From the sequence record SRR20825010_4462: a stretch of 54,163 nucleotides of DNA, one strand, 5' to 3'. Each line of letters begins with the position of its first letter. The first letter of the stretch is position 1. Shown in pieces: positions 7,675 through 18,354 of this stretch. A program made the translations under genes and the position numbers. The notes below the pieces were generated by a model that had not been told where the DNA came from, did no database searches, and saw nothing but the letters and a program-made list of their open reading frames with translations.

Positions 7675-8925
7675 ATGGACGTAGGATTATTTACAGCAAA
7701 TAATGTTTGGATGATGATATGTACGGCTCTCGTATTCTTCATGCATTTAGGATTTTCTCTTTTGGAAATCGGACTAACCAGACAAAAAAACACAATTAAC
7801 ATCTTATTTAAGAACGTATTCATCATTTGTATAGGGTTGCTCCTATATTATATTGGAGGATTTAACCTTATGTATCCTGGTGATTTCAACGGTTATCTTG
7901 GTTTCGCAGGATTTGGCCTTGAAGCCCCAATTTTACCAGATGGTAGTTTGGACCTTACCTATAGTGAAGGATACACGTATTGGACAGATTTTCTTTTCCA
8001 AGCGATGTTTGCCGCAACAGCAGCAACCATAGTTTCCGGAGCAGTAGCAGAACGTATTAAGCTAGGTGGATTCATGATATTCACTATAATATACGTTGGT
8101 TTCGTTTATCCTATAGTAGGATCTTGGCAATGGGGCGGTGGATTCCTTTCCACTCTTGGTGGTGATGAAGGTGGTTTCCACGATTTCGCAGGATCTACTT
8201 TGGTGCATTCCGTAGGGGGATGGGCAGCATTGATTGCCATATATATATTAGGACCAAGGATTGGTAAGTTTGGCGAAGATGGAAAACCAAATGCAATTCC
8301 AGGTCACAATATTCCTTTGGCAGCAGCTGGGGTACTTATTCTTTGGTTGGGCTGGTTCGGCTTTAACGGTGGATCAGTATTATCCGCGGATCCAGCTGGA
8401 ACTTCAATAGTATTGGTTACTACTTGTTTGGCTGCAGCCGCAGGTGGAATAGGGTCTTTTATATTCTCTACCATTCTTTACAAAAACTATGACGTTACCA
8501 TGATGTTGAACGGTATCTTGGGTGGTTTGGTAGGAATTACTGCCGGAGCCGACCTAATGTCTCCCTTTGAATCCATTGTTATAGGACTAATTGCCGGTGT
8601 AGTTATTGTATTAGGTGTTGCCCTAATAGACAAATTGAAACTGGACGATCCTGTTGGAGCAGTTGCAGTACACTTAATCTGTGGTATCTGGGGTACTTTG
8701 GCCGTAGGGATCTTCGGAGTTAAGGCCGGTGTAACACAATTTTTATATCAATTAACAGGAGTAGCTGCTGCAGGTGTTTTCTGTTGCCTAACAGCATTTA
8801 TCATTCTTTTCGCTATCAAGAAAACTTCTGGAATAAGAGTTTCCAAGGACGAAGAATTGGAAGGATTGGATATACATGAGCACGGAATGGATGCTTATGC
8901 CGACTTCAGAATGAACCAACACTAA
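7675..8925 (+). CDS. amtB: ammonium transporter Amt
   Basis: FQ.MFAAT, DFAGS..VH, GWFGFNGGS, DDPVGA..VH (twin-His) and E..GLD..EHG motifs. Confidence 0.96.
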   Translation: MDVGLFTANNVWMMICTALVFFMHLGFSLLEIGLTRQKNTINILFKNVFIICIGLLLYYIGGFNLMYPGDFNGYLGFAGFGLEAPILPDGSLDLTYSEGYTYWTDFLFQAMFAATAATIVSGAVAERIKLGGFMIFTIIYVGFVYPIVGSWQWGGGFLSTLGGDEGGFHDFAGSTLVHSVGGWAALIAIYILGPRIGKFGEDGKPNAIPGHNIPLAAAGVLILWLGWFGFNGGSVLSADPAGTSIVLVTTCLAAAAGGIGSFIFSTILYKNYDVTMMLNGILGGLVGITAGADLMSPFESIVIGLIAGVVIVLGVALIDKLKLDDPVGAVAVHLICGIWGTLAVGIFGVKAGVTQFLYQLTGVAAAGVFCCLTAFIILFAIKKTSGIRVSKDEELEGLDIHEHGMDAYADFRMNQH

Positions 8926-8939
8926 TATATACAAAAGGT

Positions 8940-8967
8940 AACGGAGCGTTTTGCAGAACGCTCCGTT
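8940..8967 (+). terminator. hairpin between amtB and the porin gene (weak terminator or mRNA-stabilising stem)
   Basis: AACGGAGCGTT-TTGCAG-AACGCTCCGTT with only a short T tail. Confidence 0.55.
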
Positions 8968-9037
8968 TATAACCCTTTTTCAATACAACAACTCAATAAT
9001 AAGCTAACATCCTTAAAAGGATATAAACAATTGAATT

Positions 9038-10102
9038 ATGAAAACGATTATTTATACAAAATACGTAAAAAATTTACTATTACTTGCATTTGCCCTTGCC
9101 TCAACAGTAACTTTCGCTCAGGAAGAGGAGGAAGCCAAGAAATTTAGCCTAAGTGGAAGTGTGGATGCCTACTACAGAACCAACTTGAATGGTGACAATG
9201 GTTTTGACGATGGCTCTGGTTTACCTAATGCGGCCCCAGGATCTTCATTTGCCAACTTACCTGGTTTTGCCCTAGGGATGGCCAATGTAATAGCGGCTTA
9301 CGAAGGAGAGGATGTTGGGTTTGTAGCAGACCTTGTTTTTGGACCTAGAGGAACAGATGCTATTTTTGCTTCTCCTCTATATTCAGCTACCGGAAACATT
9401 GTAAATCAACTGTATGTATACTGGAATTTAAGCGAATCGGTTAAATTGACATTTGGTAACTTCAACACCTTCTTAGGTTACGAAGTAATATCTCCAGTTG
9501 CCAATTTTAATTATAGTACTTCTTACTTGTTTTCTTATGGTCCTTTCTCACATACTGGTTTGAAGGCAGACTTTACCCTATCTGATGACTTTAGCTTAAT
9601 GTTGGCCATCATGAACCCAACCGATCAAACAGAATTGAATCCTACCGAGAAATATGCTTTCGGTGCCCAATTGGGATATAGCGGTCAATTCCTGAACTTC
9701 CTTGCTGATGACGGAGCATTTGAGATTGACTTCACAGGTGGATTTGATTTGTCCGATGAGTTCTTCTTGGGAATAAATGCAGCACTTTACGATAATGATG
9801 ATATTGGTTTTGCCGGTGTAGCCCTTTATCCACAATACGCTACTTCTGACAACTTTACCTTGGGATTAAGAGGTGAATATTTCACAGAAACAGGAGACTA
9901 TGGTGCAATTGGAACTGGAGTTGAAGATTCCAGTGTTTTTGCCGTAACACTTACAGGTAGTGCCACAATAGGCAATTTAATAATCAAGCCTGAATTGCGG
10001 TTGGATAGCGCATCAGATGACTCCTTTAGTTTTCTAGATTCGGATCTGGCCCCACAAAAGAGTTTATCCTCATTTGTACTAGCAGCCGTTTACTCTTTCT
10101 AA
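9038..10102 (+). CDS. outer-membrane beta-barrel porin (BBP2/DUF1597-like)
   Basis: Signal peptide, amphipathic beta strands, G.FNT.LGYE and NFNYS.SY.FSYGPF..TG motifs, C-terminal YSF. Confidence 0.8.
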   Translation: MKTIIYTKYVKNLLLLAFALASTVTFAQEEEEAKKFSLSGSVDAYYRTNLNGDNGFDDGSGLPNAAPGSSFANLPGFALGMANVIAAYEGEDVGFVADLVFGPRGTDAIFASPLYSATGNIVNQLYVYWNLSESVKLTFGNFNTFLGYEVISPVANFNYSTSYLFSYGPFSHTGLKADFTLSDDFSLMLAIMNPTDQTELNPTEKYAFGAQLGYSGQFLNFLADDGAFEIDFTGGFDLSDEFFLGINAALYDNDDIGFAGVALYPQYATSDNFTLGLRGEYFTETGDYGAIGTGVEDSSVFAVTLTGSATIGNLIIKPELRLDSASDDSFSFLDSDLAPQKSLSSFVLAAVYSF

Positions 10103-10124
10103 ATAAATTGAGTTTATTATTTAT

Positions 10125-10155
10125 AGCCCCGCTTAAAGCGGGGCTTTTTATTTTT
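10125..10155 (+). terminator. intrinsic terminator of the glnB-amtB-porin cluster
   Basis: AGCCCCGCT-TAA-AGCGGGGCT followed by TTTTATTTTT. Confidence 0.85.
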
Positions 10156-10795
10156 ATCCCTTTTTAAATGCCTTTACCCCTGCCGCAATCTCAATATCGA
10201 GCCTATTCTGCTTGGGTACCAAAGGACATGAGTATTTTGGATTATAAGCACAGTATGGATTATAGGCCTTATTAAAATCCAAAAGAATTGTATCTCCCTT
10301 AGGAATGGTCAAATCCAAATATCTACCCCCACCATAAGTTTCCTCCCCATTGGTAAGGTCTGCAAAAGGCAAAAACAAATAATCACTATATTTCTCCTGC
10401 TGCATCAATTCCTGATTTTGATAAACTTCCAATTTATGGGTACGTCCTTTTAGACTAAAAGTTATTATTCCAAAAACAACCTCTTCCGATTGTCTTTCTG
10501 TAGTGGTCGGCATCATAAAAGGTAAAGCCTCAGGCGTCCGTGTGAATTTCGCATTGATCCTATAGCTAGTATCCGGCTCAAAAAAATCCAAAGTTGTAAA
10601 ATCCTTTCTAAACCTATCCGGCAAGGGCGAGGTTTCAGGATCCTTGAATTCCTCGTTCATTTTTTTCTGAAATTGCATAATATCCTCCAAGGCTCCGGAC
10701 ACATGTTCCTCCGTATTGTTCTGCTCCTGATCATGGTACCTTTTTTCCTTACAACTCAATGATAACAAGCATAAAACCAAAAATAACTGCTTCAT
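10154..10795 (-). CDS. DUF1684 family lipoprotein
   Basis: Lipobox LSLSC; LFLPF.D.TNG.ETYGGGRYLD and DFN.AYNPYCAY..YSCP motifs. Confidence 0.88.
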   Translation of the reverse strand: MKQLFLVLCLLSLSCKEKRYHDQEQNNTEEHVSGALEDIMQFQKKMNEEFKDPETSPLPDRFRKDFTTLDFFEPDTSYRINAKFTRTPEALPFMMPTTTERQSEEVVFGIITFSLKGRTHKLEVYQNQELMQQEKYSDYLFLPFADLTNGEETYGGGRYLDLTIPKGDTILLDFNKAYNPYCAYNPKYSCPLVPKQNRLDIEIAAGVKAFKKG

Positions 10796-11052
10796 TTTCC
10801 TTCTTTTGGCATAAAAATACAACATCCATTTTTCCAAATAAAAGAATTTTGCATACCAAACCTACCCGAAACCGATTTATGAAGTAAATCCGAAACTATA
10901 AAGAGAAGTTTTTTGATGAAAAAAATTTATTTATGAAAATAAGTACCCTTGAACTTTTCCGCTTCCCTGAAACCGGAATTAAATACGTGATAAGAAATAA
11001 CACTAGAGATCAACAGTCTTCAGCAAGCAGGAATTCACTCTAATACAGCAAC

Positions 11053-12465
11053 TTATTCTTCAATGGTTTCGTAACGGGCATCTTTTAAGTATTTGGCCAC
11101 AATATCATTGAATTCAGGTGTTATACGCAGCAAAGCTGTGTTTTCCAAACTATATAATTCAGCCTTGTCCGTATATCCTTTCTTCAATAATTCCTCCAAA
11201 TAAAAGAGGGAGGTTCCGTAATCCTCCATTTTAGCACTATTGGATATTATTTTAAGGTAATAACTATGGTCTGTGGGATCCGTTATCGTTTTTAACATCC
11301 AAAGTAGACTTAGAACTTCTTGATCTACCTGATTTCCGGAATTTACTATATCAATATTATCCTCAATTAAGGCATTAACATAACCCAAAAGGCGTTTGCC
11401 CATTTCTCTTTCCGCTTCTATTTTACTGTTATCGTATTTCTTTAATTCGCCCATCTGGTAAATCCACCAACCCAAATTATTATAATTATAGGTAGCTAAA
11501 TCCTCCTCCAAATAATATACATAATCCTCCTTAATAAATGACTCCTTTAACAAGGTGTTGTTCTCATTGCGTGTCATGGTTTTAAAAAGCTTATTCTTTT
11601 TAAGCTCACGCTTTATTCTCTTAAGGGAATCACCATCTTTTAAAACCCTATAAACAGACATTACTTCGTCCAACAAATTATCGGCCTGAATTAATCTGTT
11701 GGATTCGATCAAGAGATTTATTTCCTCCAAATTTTGGGCATAAGTATCATTTACATAAGCTTCATCTTTCTCGGATTGACCCTTGGCCATGGCCGACAAA
11801 TTAAAAATTTCCAAGGCCTTCCCTAGGTATTGGGTATTGGGCCATTCATGCCCCCCGTTAAACACCAGTAATTGATTAGGAAATTTTAAGCGACCCATAA
11901 TGGATTTCCCCGCCAACATTTCCGGATAAGCATAATCTTCCTTTCCTACGATTCCTATAAAATGAAATAAATTGTTTGTATCCAATATGTCCATATTGGG
12001 ATATACGGAACCACAGGAAATTACTCCGGATATACCTTTTACAAAAATGGGCAGTACAGATGCAAATCTGGCACCACTATCAAAGCCAGCACTATAGATT
12101 CTGTTCTTTTGAACTGGTAATATCTTGATGATATCATTGAACATCCTTCCGGTTATCAGTATATTCTGGGATGTGGTCAAAGAGTCGTTTACATTGTTAG
12201 ATGCCGCTAGTATATACCCTTGCTTTTCCGCGGCCCCTATAAACATACGAATAGCTTGCCTACCTCTACCTTCCATATCAAAAACAAAAAGGATGGGCCA
12301 ATTTTTATCCATTTCAAAGCTGGTAGGAATATAAAGTGAAAAATTTTCGGATATGGAGTCCTTTACAGCAATTGAATCGATTACGACACCTTTTTTCAAG
12401 GTCATCTGTTGCGAATTACCCAAAAAACCGGCCCCAAGAAACAGAAATAATATAATTTTTTTCAT
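11053..12465 (-). CDS. exported alpha/beta-hydrolase-fold protein with helical (TPR-like) C-terminus
   Basis: Signal peptide, LYIP...WP..F.FD, AGFDSGAR elbow, GKED and GGHEWP motifs, helical tail. Confidence 0.7.
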   Translation of the reverse strand: MKKIILFLFLGAGFLGNSQQMTLKKGVVIDSIAVKDSISENFSLYIPTSFEMDKNWPILFVFDMEGRGRQAIRMFIGAAEKQGYILAASNNVNDSLTTSQNILITGRMFNDIIKILPVQKNRIYSAGFDSGARFASVLPIFVKGISGVISCGSVYPNMDILDTNNLFHFIGIVGKEDYAYPEMLAGKSIMGRLKFPNQLLVFNGGHEWPNTQYLGKALEIFNLSAMAKGQSEKDEAYVNDTYAQNLEEINLLIESNRLIQADNLLDEVMSVYRVLKDGDSLKRIKRELKKNKLFKTMTRNENNTLLKESFIKEDYVYYLEEDLATYNYNNLGWWIYQMGELKKYDNSKIEAEREMGKRLLGYVNALIEDNIDIVNSGNQVDQEVLSLLWMLKTITDPTDHSYYLKIISNSAKMEDYGTSLFYLEELLKKGYTDKAELYSLENTALLRITPEFNDIVAKYLKDARYETIEE

Positions 12466-12671
12466 AGAATTATTGTCATCAAATATCTAGCCAAATTAAA
12501 ATAATATTCCGGCCATTACGAAACGCCATAGGAACTTACAGCAGTTGTCCTTGAAAAAAACAGCCAGCTCCTTGCCCCTAAGCCTTAAAACACATTAAAT
12601 TAAATATTTAAATTATAGCACCAAAGCCTCTAACCCCATTTAATTTTAATTTCCGTATTGGATAGCTACTG

Positions 12672-13139
12672 TTAAACCTCTCTTTTTTTAATGGGCGCGT
12701 TAGACACTACATCGGATAGAATAATGTGGGTACGCGTCTCTCCATATTGTATAAGCTTATCTATAAATTTTTCCAAATGAAATTGATCCTTTAGGACCAC
12801 CAACATTATAATGTTTTCATTACCGGTAATCCTATAACAATTAACAACTTCTTCATAGGTGTTTACAATTTCCAAAAAAGGTCTTAACTTCCCCATAAAG
12901 GCACGAAGCGTAATTATAGCTTTTAATTGATAACCTGTATGCGAATGGGATACCACCGCTTTGTAACCTGAAATAACCCCAAGGTCTTCCATTTTCTTCA
13001 CCCTTTCGGCAACCGCAGGTGGCGTTAAGCCTACTTTCCTGCCAATATTGGCAAAAGATTCCCGGGCATTTTCCTGAAGTAATTTTAAAATCTTCCAATT
13101 AAGGACATCTATCTTTGTATTCAAAATAAAATGGATCAA
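12672..13139 (-). CDS. Lrp/AsnC family transcriptional regulator (start uncertain, possibly TTG at 13124)
   Basis: IL..LQ.NAR.S...IG..VGLT..AV..RV..ME..GVI.GY HTH; CYRITG RAM domain. Confidence 0.93.
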   Translation of the reverse strand: MIHFILNTKIDVLNWKILKLLQENARESFANIGRKVGLTPPAVAERVKKMEDLGVISGYKAVVSHSHTGYQLKAIITLRAFMGKLRPFLEIVNTYEEVVNCYRITGNENIIMLVVLKDQFHLEKFIDKLIQYGETRTHIILSDVVSNAPIKKREV

Positions 13140-13242
13140 AATTATTAACTTTCAATAGCTAAATTACAATTTTACTTTGTTATATAAACTCTAATTTGCT
13201 AATTTCGACGTAATTTTATATAACAGAAGTTGTTATAGAAAA

Positions 13243-13635
13243 ATGCCTTACAAAAACTTAAGTACGATTCCGATTTATCGCAAATCCTTGGATCTTTTAC
13301 AGATGAGCAGGGAAATTGCTTCGTACCTATCCTACAACAAGGATCTGCTAAAGTTATACCAATCCAACAGTCATAGGGATATAATGGTAGATTCCCTTTT
13401 AACCGATTCCATTTTAATTCCTCAACAAATTGAAGCAGCCGAACGTTCCGAATGTTATGCTGCCCGAATGAGAAGCGCTACCTTTATAAATGTTATCATA
13501 AGAAATATAAGTTCTTATTGTACCGGTTTGGAAAAGGATGGGGTAAAGGAAAAGGAATACTTAAATCTTTTGAGGAGCGAAATTAAAAGTTTCAGAAGAT
13601 TGTACAAAGTTTGGAGACGATCTATTCGAAGCTAA
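13243..13635 (+). CDS. four-helix-bundle hypothetical protein (Avd/IVP-like)
   Basis: L.IYRKS..L N-terminus, IP.QI..A and EYL.LLR.E...F......W patterns; all-helical. Confidence 0.55.
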   Translation: MPYKNLSTIPIYRKSLDLLQMSREIASYLSYNKDLLKLYQSNSHRDIMVDSLLTDSILIPQQIEAAERSECYAARMRSATFINVIIRNISSYCTGLEKDGVKEKEYLNLLRSEIKSFRRLYKVWRRSIRS

Positions 13636-13735
13636 ACCTTGCCTACTACCACTTCCTATTTTTGTAAGTATCTTATTATTTACACGCAGCTATATTAAGA
13701 ATGGCCTCATAGGAATTAAAGCTATATCCTCTCTA

Positions 13736-16700
13736 CTACATATTTCTCCTGTACTGACCCCCTACCGCAAACAAGGCATCTGTAATTTGTCCAAGGGAAC
13801 AGAACTTTGTAACCTCCATCAACTTTTCAAAAATATTCCCGTTTTTAACCGCTATTTCCTGCAATTCCTTTAATTGGGTCTCGGCATTTGCCCCCATCAT
13901 AGCATGTAAGTTTTCCAAGGTGCCTATCTGGGCCTGTTTTTCGGACTCTGTTGCCCGGATCACTTCTGCAGGCATAATTGTTGGCGACCCTTTGGAGCTC
14001 AGAAAAGTATTTACCCCTATAATAGGAAGTTCCCCGTTGTGCTTTAGCGTCTCATAGTAAAGGCTCTCCTCCTGAATTTTGGATCTCTGATACATTGTTT
14101 CCATGGCTCCCAGTACACCCCCTCGTTCAGTAATACGATCAAATTCCAATAAGACGGCCTCCTCTACCAGATCTGTCAATTCCTCAATTATAAAGGAACC
14201 CTGCAAAGGATTTTCGTTTTTGGCCAAGCCCAATTCCTTGTTTATGATCAATTGAATTGCCATGGCCCTGCGAACAGACTCCTCTGTTGGAGTGGTTATT
14301 GCCTCATCATAGGCATTGGTATGCAAGGAATTACAGTTGTCATAGATGGCATACAGTGCCTGTAAGGTAGTGCGGATATCATTAAAATCTATTTCTTGGG
14401 CATGCAAGCTTCGCCCTGAAGTTTGGATATGGTACTTTAACATCTGCGCCCTGGAGTCTGCTCCATACTTAAGATGCATTGCCTTTGCCCATATACGACG
14501 TGCAACCCTACCAATTACAGCATATTCCGGGTCTATTCCATTTGAAAAGAAAAAGGATAGGTTGGGACCAAATTTATTGATATCCATCCCCCTACTTAAA
14601 TAATACTCCACATAGGTAAAACCGTTGGAGAGTGTAAATGCCAATTGGGTAATTGGATTGGCCCCCGCCTCTGCAATATGATACCCGGAAATGGAAACCG
14701 AATAAAAATTACGTACCGAGTGCTGAATAAAATATTCCTGCACATCCCCCATTAGTCGCAGGGCAAATTCCGTTGAAAAAATACAGGTATTTTGAGCCTG
14801 ATCTTCCTTCAAAATATCTGCTTGCACCGTACCTCTTATCGTATTAAGGGTTTTCTTTTTAATTTCGGTATACACATTTTGAGGCAAGACCTGATCACCA
14901 GTAATACCCAATAGCATTAATCCCAAACCTTCATTACCTTCTGGCAATTCCCCTTGGTATTTTGGCCTAGGCAAACCTTTTTCCCTATACAAGGCAGCTA
15001 TTTTCCCTTCTACCTCATTTTCCAACCCATTTTTCAAAATATATTTCTCACAATTCTGATCAATGGCGGTATTTATAAAAAAACCCAACAACATGGGAGC
15101 AGGACCATTGATGGTCATACTAACAGAGGTTGCGGGACTGCATAGGTCAAATCCTGAATACAACTTTTTAGCGTCGTCCAAACAGCAGATGGAAACTCCT
15201 GCATTGCCTATTTTTCCGTATATATCAGGTCTAAAATCCGGATCCTGTCCATACAGGGTTACCGAATCAAATGCAGTGGATAAGCGCTTGGCAGGCAATC
15301 CCAAACTAACATAATGAAAACGCCTGTTTGTCCGTTCAGGACCACCTTCACCGGCAAACATTCTTGTAGGATCTTCCTCTGTTCTCTTAAAAGGATACAG
15401 TCCGGCCGTATAAGGAAATTCCCCTGGTACATTTTCCTGGAGTATCCAACCCAAAATATCGCCCCATGCCCTATACTTTGGAAGTGCCACTTTTGGAATA
15501 TCGGTTTGGGCCAATGATTTTGTATGGGTTTCCAATTTTATCTCCTTCCCCCTTACCTTATAACTAAAGATTGGAGTTCTGTACTGTTGAATCTTTTTTT
15601 CCCAATTCAGGATCAATTCCCAATTATGGGAATCCAAACCTATTTTTATTTCATCGAACTCTTTAAACAGGAGCCCCAATAATTGTTTTTTGTCCTCGGA
15701 TAGGGACAACTCCAAAATTGCTTCTGTTTTTAATCCTGCTTTTAGCAAAAATGTATTAAAATCTCCCTCGACATCCACCTTGGAAATGGCTTGAATGGTC
15801 TTAAAAATACCATATAACTTTTGGGCCAACTCGGCTTGTTGAAGGACCTTTTTATCATAGGCACGATTGCTATCGGCTATTTCAGACAAATAACGTGTGC
15901 GAGGAGGGGGAATTATATAAACCTTCTCTTCATCGCCATTTCCAACTTGGAATTGGGAATTCAGGGCTGTTCCTGTTTTTGAAACCAATTTACTCATTAC
16001 GGACTTATACAAACGATTCATGCCCTGATCATTGAACTGTGAGGCTATGGTCCCGAAAATAGGCAGTTCATCGTGATCGGCCTCCCAAAATCCATGATTG
16101 CGTACATATTGCTTTTTTACATCCCTCAGAGCGTCCAGAGCCCCTCTTTTATCGAACTTATTAATGGCAACAATATCCGCAAAATCCAACATATCTATTT
16201 TTTCCAACTGGGTGGCAGCCCCAAATTCGGGCGTCATAACATATAAGGAAACATCACTATGTTCAATTATCTCCGTATCGGACTGACCGATGCCTGAAGT
16301 CTCCAAAATAATCAAATGGAATCCTGCCACTTTTAGGACCTGAATGGCCTCGTCCACATGTTTGGATAATGCCAAATTGGACTGTCTGGTAGCAAGCGAT
16401 CTCATATAGACCCGGGAGTTGTTGATGGCGTTCATCCGAATACGATCTCCCAACAAAGCACCTCCGGTTTTCCTTTTGGACGGATCAACAGAGATGATTC
16501 CGATGGTCTTATCAGGAAAATCCAACAAAAATCTTCTTACCAATTCATCTACCAAACTTGATTTTCCCGCGCCTCCTGTCCCTGTTACACCCAGTACGGG
16601 CACAGCACTTTTGGATATTGACAAACCAGAAAAAACCTTTACAAAATCCTCAGGTCTATTTTCGGCCAAGGTAATAAGTCGTGCTATGGCATTTTCATTC

Positions 16701-17194
16701 CTTTCCTTTAACAATTGATCCATGGACCGGCCCTCGGGAATTTTAAAATTGGGAAAGGAAAAATCACTTTGCCGTACCAAATCGTTTATCATTCCCTGTA
16801 GCCCCATAGTCCTACCATCATCAGGGGAATATATTCTGGTTATCCCATAATCCATTAATTCTTTAATCTCTGCAGGAAGAATTACCCCTCCGCCACCGCC
16901 AAAAATCTTAATGTGGTCCGCCCCCCTATCCAGTAAAAGATCGTGCATATACTTGAAATACTCCATGTGCCCTCCCTGGTATGAAGTTATGGCAATGGCA
17001 TTTACATCCTCCTGTATGGCACAATCTACTACTTCGGACACACTGCGATCATGACCTAAATGAATCACTTCCACACCGGTAGACTGAATAATACGCCTCA
17101 TCATGTTAATCGCGGCATCATGACCATCAAACAGGGATGCGGCCGTAACTATACGAACTTTATTTTTAGGAATATATGGCGGCTTCTGCTTCAT
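13736..17194 (-). CDS. icmF: fused isobutyryl-CoA mutase / MeaI G-protein chaperone IcmF (AdoCbl-dependent)
   Basis: N-terminal B12-binding domain (DGHDAA), GTPase ([20 protein letters not shown]), C-terminal mutase barrel with Phe in RMFAGEG; 1152 aa. Confidence 0.9.
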   Translation of the reverse strand: MKQKPPYIPKNKVRIVTAASLFDGHDAAINMMRRIIQSTGVEVIHLGHDRSVSEVVDCAIQEDVNAIAITSYQGGHMEYFKYMHDLLLDRGADHIKIFGGGGGVILPAEIKELMDYGITRIYSPDDGRTMGLQGMINDLVRQSDFSFPNFKIPEGRSMDQLLKERNENAIARLITLAENRPEDFVKVFSGLSISKSAVPVLGVTGTGGAGKSSLVDELVRRFLLDFPDKTIGIISVDPSKRKTGGALLGDRIRMNAINNSRVYMRSLATRQSNLALSKHVDEAIQVLKVAGFHLIILETSGIGQSDTEIIEHSDVSLYVMTPEFGAATQLEKIDMLDFADIVAINKFDKRGALDALRDVKKQYVRNHGFWEADHDELPIFGTIASQFNDQGMNRLYKSVMSKLVSKTGTALNSQFQVGNGDEEKVYIIPPPRTRYLSEIADSNRAYDKKVLQQAELAQKLYGIFKTIQAISKVDVEGDFNTFLLKAGLKTEAILELSLSEDKKQLLGLLFKEFDEIKIGLDSHNWELILNWEKKIQQYRTPIFSYKVRGKEIKLETHTKSLAQTDIPKVALPKYRAWGDILGWILQENVPGEFPYTAGLYPFKRTEEDPTRMFAGEGGPERTNRRFHYVSLGLPAKRLSTAFDSVTLYGQDPDFRPDIYGKIGNAGVSICCLDDAKKLYSGFDLCSPATSVSMTINGPAPMLLGFFINTAIDQNCEKYILKNGLENEVEGKIAALYREKGLPRPKYQGELPEGNEGLGLMLLGITGDQVLPQNVYTEIKKKTLNTIRGTVQADILKEDQAQNTCIFSTEFALRLMGDVQEYFIQHSVRNFYSVSISGYHIAEAGANPITQLAFTLSNGFTYVEYYLSRGMDINKFGPNLSFFFSNGIDPEYAVIGRVARRIWAKAMHLKYGADSRAQMLKYHIQTSGRSLHAQEIDFNDIRTTLQALYAIYDNCNSLHTNAYDEAITTPTEESVRRAMAIQLIINKELGLAKNENPLQGSFIIEELTDLVEEAVLLEFDRITERGGVLGAMETMYQRSKIQEESLYYETLKHNGELPIIGVNTFLSSKGSPTIMPAEVIRATESEKQAQIGTLENLHAMMGANAETQLKELQEIAVKNGNIFEKLMEVTKFCSLGQITDALFAVGGQYRRNM

Positions 17195-17447
17195 AACTAT
17201 AATTCTAACACCCTTTAATCGACCTAATAAATACCCCTATTCACAATCACTCCTCAATGCGGTTATTGAAGGAAATGTATTAGGAGGGTACTCTCTTTTT
17301 AATAGACAAAAAAAGGACCATTATTTGGGTGCAATTTAACAAAAACGCAAAAATTATGGTGATAAAATTAGAATTTTATAAAAATATCCCTCAACTAAAG
17401 TACTTCATTCCTAAAATCCTAATTTTGCGACCTAAAACAGTTAAACT

Positions 17448-18299
17448 TTGAAGACAACTATCTTAATCAATTGCCCCGACCAATCCGGAATAATTAGTTC
17501 GGTAACCGGATTTATACATAAAAAAGGAGGCAATATTATTTATATTGATCAGCACGTAGATAAAGAAGCGGGGGTGTTTTTTATGCGACTGGAAAGCGAT
17601 TTTGAAAAAAACATCCCAGCCGTAAAAAATTTAAAGCAGGAATTTGAAAATGAATTGGCCCAACCCTACCAAATGGAGTGGAGTTTGCATTTGGGCTCCG
17701 TAAAGCCAAAAATGGCCCTGTTCGTTTCCAAATACAATCATTGTCTATACGATTTATTAAGTAGGTACAATATAGGTGAATTAGAGGTTGAAATACCCTT
17801 TATCCTTAGCAATCACAGTGACTTGGAATATGTAGCCAATCAATTCGAAATTCCCTTTTTTCATGTACCTGTAACGAAAAGTACAAAAGATGAAGCCGAA
17901 AATAGGCAATTGGAACTTTTAAAAGAATATCAAATAGATTTTATTGTATTGGCCAGATATATGCAAATCGTAACCAGCAAGGTTATTGACAACTACCCCA
18001 ATAAGATTATCAATATTCACCATTCCTTTTTACCTGCCTTTGCCGGCGCAAAGCCATACCATGCCGCATTTGAGAGGGGTGTTAAAATTATAGGTGCCAC
18101 CAGTCATTACGTTACCGAGGAATTGGATGCCGGTCCCATTATAGAGCAGGACGTTACTACCGTAACCCATGCGCATAGCATCAAGGATTTTATAACCAAG
18201 GGACGGGATTTGGAGAAAATTGTACTTTCCAGAGCGGTAAAGCTTCATATTAACAGAAAGACCATGGTCTACAATAACAAAACCGTAATTTTCTCATAA
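17448..18299 (+). CDS. purU: formyltetrahydrofolate deformylase
   Basis: ACT domain (CPDQ.GI), LARYMQI, INIHHSFLP and LDAGPIIEQ motifs; TAATTTTG at 17420-17427. Confidence 0.96.
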   Translation: MKTTILINCPDQSGIISSVTGFIHKKGGNIIYIDQHVDKEAGVFFMRLESDFEKNIPAVKNLKQEFENELAQPYQMEWSLHLGSVKPKMALFVSKYNHCLYDLLSRYNIGELEVEIPFILSNHSDLEYVANQFEIPFFHVPVTKSTKDEAENRQLELLKEYQIDFIVLARYMQIVTSKVIDNYPNKIINIHHSFLPAFAGAKPYHAAFERGVKIIGATSHYVTEELDAGPIIEQDVTTVTHAHSIKDFITKGRDLEKIVLSRAVKLHINRKTMVYNNKTVIFS

Positions 18300-18354
18300 A
18301 CCAAATACTAAATCCCGACGGTATAGGTTATAGTAATAACTCTAAATTTTTAAA

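Noticed and set aside
13243-13635. Diversity-generating retroelement around the Avd-like gene
   Set aside because: No reverse transcriptase and no template/variable repeat pair in the window.
17195-17335. Cobalamin riboswitch upstream of icmF
   Set aside because: No B12-box features (GGGAA, GCCACUG, AGYCAG) found; only a simple hairpin, reported separately.
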